From NCBI RefSeq assembly GCF_964355755.1, contig NC_092671.1, positions 10,044,001 through 10,108,000 of the forward strand: DNA of 64,000 nucleotides, in the 5' to 3' direction. The notes under the pieces were generated by a model that worked only from the letters and a program-made list of their open reading frames with translations, was not told the origin of the DNA and did not search any database. Positions 59,176 to 64,000 of the stretch are shown here, piece by piece. This stretch comes from Antedon mediterranea (taxonomy: Eukaryota > Animalia > Echinodermata). Position 1 is the first letter of the stretch; every line of letters starts with the position of its first letter. A program made the position numbers and the translations under genes.

Positions 59176-62100
59176 CTATTCTAGCATCTGCCTTATCATA
59201 TAGTTGAGAATTCCACCATGTTTGAAGTAGGCCAATTCAACATCTGTGTCAAAACGAACTATCACCTCAAATGATCTTTTATCCACCTAGTAGACAGTAA
59301 AATATAAAGCGATTATGATATAAAGAATAACACTAAGCACATGTAATGAAAAACACATATACACACATAATATAAAGAATAACACACAAGCACAGAGTTA
59401 ATATTAAAATACTTATACTGTATTACTTACTTGTACACTTATTTTCTGTCCAGCTTGGATATCATCCGGTACTGAGAGACTGTAATTTTCTTTGCCACTA
59501 AGCCCAAGAGATTCAGCAGTTTGCCCTGGCAAGTATTGTAATGGAATAATCCCCATACCAACCAAGTTGCTACGGTGGATCCTTTCAAAGCTTTCAGCAA
59601 TTACTGCTTTAACACCCTGCAATAAAAATGATGTATACAGTATCAATAGTGTATTCAAATCCAAAGGCAAATTACAAAACAAAATGACAACGCTGTGGTT
59701 ATCAGTATCTAGATCTCAATGGAGGTCTAGAGGCCATGATGGGTCTTCCTGAGAATTAGTTGTTACTTTTGTTATTATAAAAGGGGAGTTCAATTGTTTT
59801 TTAAGGGACAATACTTTCAACAAGTTGGATTCATGCAGATGCTGTATGGAAAGGTATAGGAAATCAACAATCCTGTACTTAGCATGAATCTTATAATTTT
59901 CTAATGTTTATGCTTTGTGTGTTTAAATTGTAATCATCCAACCATTTCAGCTTTTGCTGCTGGTTGGAATATAAAAGTTTGTATACCTGAATAAATAAAT
60001 ACAAAAAAATAAAACAATGACATTAATTGTTACCTGCATCCATGGACCCTTTGCTGCCCAATCTCTTGACGAACCTGATCCATAATCTTTGCCAGACAGA
60101 ATGATCAACTGCGTGCCATCAGCTTTATAACGATCAGCAGCATCAAATATGTCCATCACATCTCCCGACGGAATGTGTATAGTCTTCGGCGCTGCCTTAC
60201 CGATGAATTTATTAACAAGACGAATGTTTGCGAATGTTCCACGAGCCATGATGGCATCGTTGCCTCTCCGACTTCCATACGAGTTGAACTGACGAGGTAC
60301 CAATCCACGACTTGCGAGATAGCGAGCAGCTGGGCTGTTTCGGGCAATGCTACCAGCTGGTGAGATGTGGTCTGTTGTTACAGAATCACCCAAGTTTAGA
60401 AGAACTTTTGCATCTTTAATGACTCCAACTGATGGCAAGTCCCTTGTCTGTGAAAGGAAACCAAACATAGTTTATAGACGTACATATATTTGCGAGTCTA
60501 ATGGACAGGGTTAGGGCAGGGGCATTGTTTACCGTACCTAAAGAGCCAACAACATCAGCAAGTGTTTGAGGTCGACTCGCTCTTAGTTCTGGTAGTGGAA
60601 CAAGTCTCCTCGGATAAGGACTATAAACCGTAAGTCCAGTGTACACAGTTATAAACTGTGTGCAACCCAGTTCATTATTTGAACTGGTTCACAAAATAGC
60701 TCCTGTGTCAGGGGGATTACCACCTATCTGATAGGAAAGTGATTAATTTACTATTGGTAATCCTTGGCCACATGTGCCAAAAGACATAAACAAAATAAAT
60801 ATGGCATCCTTTATAAACTGAAATTGAATGATGAAAATGAATTCAAAAAACAAATTTACACCACCATCAAAATCAAACCAAAATATATCACAAACCATTG
60901 TCTGAAAGAATGGTGGCGACTGGATGTACGTTGATGAGCTGTCCCATGGGTAAAGTTGTGCATCTGGAGCATCTAAAGAGCGCCATCTATCATTTCCTTC
61001 CTGTAAACAAAATATTAGGAATGTTAGCAATTATGTTTTCCACAATTAATTATAATGTCTACATTAGAAAATTAAATCATTTATGTGGGATTAAATCAAT
61101 TAATTGAAATGTTACCGTAATATTAGAATAGACTTCTTGAAACATTGCCGGTATGACATGCTCACGTTCAACCTTTTGCACCACTTGACGCGAAGGCCAA
61201 ATATCTCTTAAAAACACATCTTTTCCATTATTATCCTTGCCTAAAATTATACAAAATTAATATATGTATACTTCTTGTCAACAATACTGTATTACTAACA
61301 CTATCAATATGACAAAAGATAAATATGATAAAAAATGACAAAAGAATTTAATAGAATTTAATTTATTATAATGTAGCATCTACAGTATATACAAATGATT
61401 TCATTTGTGTTCATATATTTATTTTATTATATTAAACAAATCACAAACCACTTGAAATGACTACAGAACCGTAATACAAATTTTTATTAACATACCAATT
61501 GGTTCTTTTTCAAAATCTATAGAGACCGTTCCTGCAATAGCGTAAGCTATGACTAGAAGCGGTGAAGCCAAGTAGTTTGCACGAGTTAAGGGATGAATAC
61601 GACCTTCAAAGTTCCTATTGCCTGACAGTACACCACACGTTACCAAGTCACCCTACAAAATAAATTATTAGTAAATGAAATTGCTGATTTAAATTACAAC
61701 AGTATTATTAATACTGTTTATTAATACAAATTAAAATGATGCCAAGTATAATAATAGCGGTGTAATTGTATTAAACTACTGTGGAGTAGCTTTGCGTCAG
61801 GCTAGTGATCTGGAGGTCGTGAGTTCGAGTCCCACCCGAGAAATGTACTTAGTATGAAGTACAAATTACGTCAGAGTAGGGTAAAACATCTGACCAATTA
61901 TAATAATAGATTCATTTGTTTGCATAATATTATGGACAAAATGAGGTAATTGTGAATTGTAAATTTATTTTGATTTTGTAATTATGGATATTGATCTTCA
62001 TTTTGTGTTTTGTTTTATCAAAGAATATATATCACAAGAATGAGTAATCCGCAATTTTCCCTGTAACAGTAATATTGTCCATGTGGTAGGGCGCCGCCAT

Positions 62101-63468
62101 AAGTGTGGATGTATCTGGGATGTATACAACTTTTTGTGACGCTTTCAATAATCAAAGGCTAGACCACCGGTAGTATTTTCATGACAAAAAATGTTATCAA
62201 CTACATGCCAACATCATGTTAAATACTATTTGGATATTTAATTGTTCGTTTTATGCAATTTATTTAGTAAAAACTGCCGTATAAACAGTTTGCTTTATCA
62301 ACCGGGCGCTACGATAGCGTGACCGGGCGTGTTCACAAAGGATAGTTTAATAATATTCCTATATCTAACTTCTTTCTGGTAAAACAAATAAATGTTAATG
62401 ACATTTAACATTTTGTCCTATTAATAACATGTATTTTATACTAATTTATATCATAAAAACAATACTTAATTTACCGGGCGTAGAGTAGTACACGGCAATG
62501 GTAAAGAATAGGCCGTGCTGAGTAACGATTCGTGATTTTTGGTGTTGCTGTGTTAGGCCTTTTTTGTGAACTAACTTAGCATGTTAGTAAATAATTGTCT
62601 GTAAAAGTGAATGTACACTAGTTTGTTAATAAATAGTATTATAAAATAGTTTACAATTGCAAAAACTATTATCATAATTCTATTTAATGTGACATGTATA
62701 ATATCTATTAAATCAAGTCTTATTTAGTATGTATACATCCGCCCTTATGAGGGCGGGCATCACTCACTGGAGCTCTCTGTTACAAATTTCTCATGCAAAA
62801 ATCGCGGATTACTCATTCTTGTGATATATATTCTTTGGTTTTATTCATAAATACTACACTAATAGTTCTATTTCCAACACACTGCATACACAAAGTGTTT
62901 TTATATGCCACCCCAATCAGGTTACCAATGTTGAAATAATATTATTTAAGTTTCCATAGAGTTGTGAAATATATATATTTTGTTTTGTATTTACTTTTTC
63001 AATTGCTTGAGCAACTGGTTCTGGCAGTGGACCTGAATTTCCAATACACGTCATACACCCATATCCAACCACATTAAAACTATAAAAGAAAATATTCATG
63101 CAAGAAAATTATTCATATTGTATTTTGAATGTATGTAGTAATATAGATAAAAGTCAGTATGGGATATCAAGGCTCTTATTTGGGAATTACTATGTTTATA
63201 GTGATATTTCAAGATGATAAATTTAATGGTGGCAGATTATGATTAAATGATAACATACCCAAGAGTTTCTAAATAAGGAATGACACCATTCTCCTTCAGG
63301 AAGTAAGTGACAACACCTGGAACTGGACTTACCCAAGAGTTTCTAAATAAGGAATGACACCACTCTCTTTCAGGTAGTAAGTGACAACACCGGAACCTGG
63401 ACTTAGACTCGTCTTAACAAATGGCTTCACTGTTAATCCTTTATTCACTGCATTTTTAGCAAGTAAAC
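59176..63468 (-). CDS. ACO1: Cytoplasmic aconitate hydratase / iron regulatory protein 1, C-terminal half (8 exons; 5' part beyond window end)
   Basis: Exons (minus): 63468-63333, 63079-62995, 61652-61496, 61240-61116, 61000-60896, 60447-60034, 59616-59431, 59286-59176 (TAG). Motifs [23 protein letters not shown] (Fe-S ligands), [60 protein letters not shown]. Confidence 0.96.
60492..60647 (+). mobile_element. SINE 5' fragment (same family as 44240-44534)
   Basis: ctcggataaggactataaaccgtaagtccagtgtacaca plus a degenerate tRNA-like head. Confidence 0.7.
61785..61845 (+). mobile_element. tRNA-derived SINE head fragment
   Basis: GGCTAGTGATCTGGAGGTCGTGAGTTCGAGTCCCACC has a T-arm/B-box; no complete cloverleaf. 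Confidence 0.45.
62019..62837. mobile_element. P-like non-autonomous DNA transposon, 819 bp, in an ACO1 intron
   Basis: Perfect 34-bp TIR CAAAGAATATATATCACAAGAATGAGTAATCCGC and 7-bp TSD GTTTTAT (62012-62018, 62838-62844). Confidence 0.9.
63259..63405 (-). repeat. 74-bp tandem duplication of the 3' end of an ACO1 exon
   Basis: The copy at 63332-63259 repeats TAAGTCCAG..GGTGTTGTCACTTAC..GGTGTCATTCCTTATTTAGAAACTCTTGG with several substitutions. Confidence 0.92.
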
Positions 63469-64000
63469 CTGAAATAAAATGTTGAAAATTTGTAAGGTTG
63501 ATTTTAGGAAAGTGTGCAGTCATAGATAAATATATACAGATAAAAGTTTAACACGAGTAATTTATTTATGTATAGATAAATATATACCAATGTTCCATAG
63601 ATAGACGATAAGAACTAGACATTCAACACAATCACAGCTCATAAAAATGTGATTCACAGATGTTCTATAAAGACATCAAAAGGGACCACACTACAGTATA
63701 TGGCAGCATCAAATCAGCCAATCAGATATGCCTTTTTGAAATTACAACATTAACACGAGGACATAATATTCTTATACGATCTTCATACACGAACATTTAA
63801 GAATATTATCAAAAATGTATTATTTTATCACCATTAACAATAGAGTTATATGTTATGATTTATGTGGTTTTTCATAATACTTTAGGTTATTTTTATATAC
63901 TTTATTTTATATACTATAGAAAACTATACTTGTTTTGTCTCTTGCCTTAGCCTAATTATCAAATTAAAAAGTCATTACAAATTTGAAAAATTCTACAAAC

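Overview
This is AT-rich, intron-containing animal genomic DNA with no prokaryotic features. An invertebrate deuterostome such as an echinoderm is inferred from protein similarity and Deu-type SINEs. Four spliced genes were reconstructed by hand with phase-consistent exons: TTC23-like (minus strand, 3' end outside the window), Smad2/3 (plus, complete, 419 aa), LHFPL2-like (plus, 232 aa) and the 3' half of cytosolic aconitase ACO1/IRP1 (minus). Introns and intergenic DNA hold many non-autonomous DNA transposons, SINE/LINE fragments and several satellites. The most notable observations are: (1) a U12-type AT-AC intron in TTC23; (2) a Smad2/3 tail ending GSKS instead of SSXS; (3) duplicated decoy acceptors before the Smad MH2 exon; (4) an ACO1 exon duplication rescued by a newly created donor; (5) three P-element-like insertions with 7-bp TSDs, one with a THAP pseudogene, plus two apparent excision footprints; (6) a SINE with a 103-bp target duplication; (7) satellites built from hairpin or MITE units. 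I see no evidence of a wholly new multi-gene system. The novelty here is in splicing and transposon biology, and all coordinates were counted by eye.
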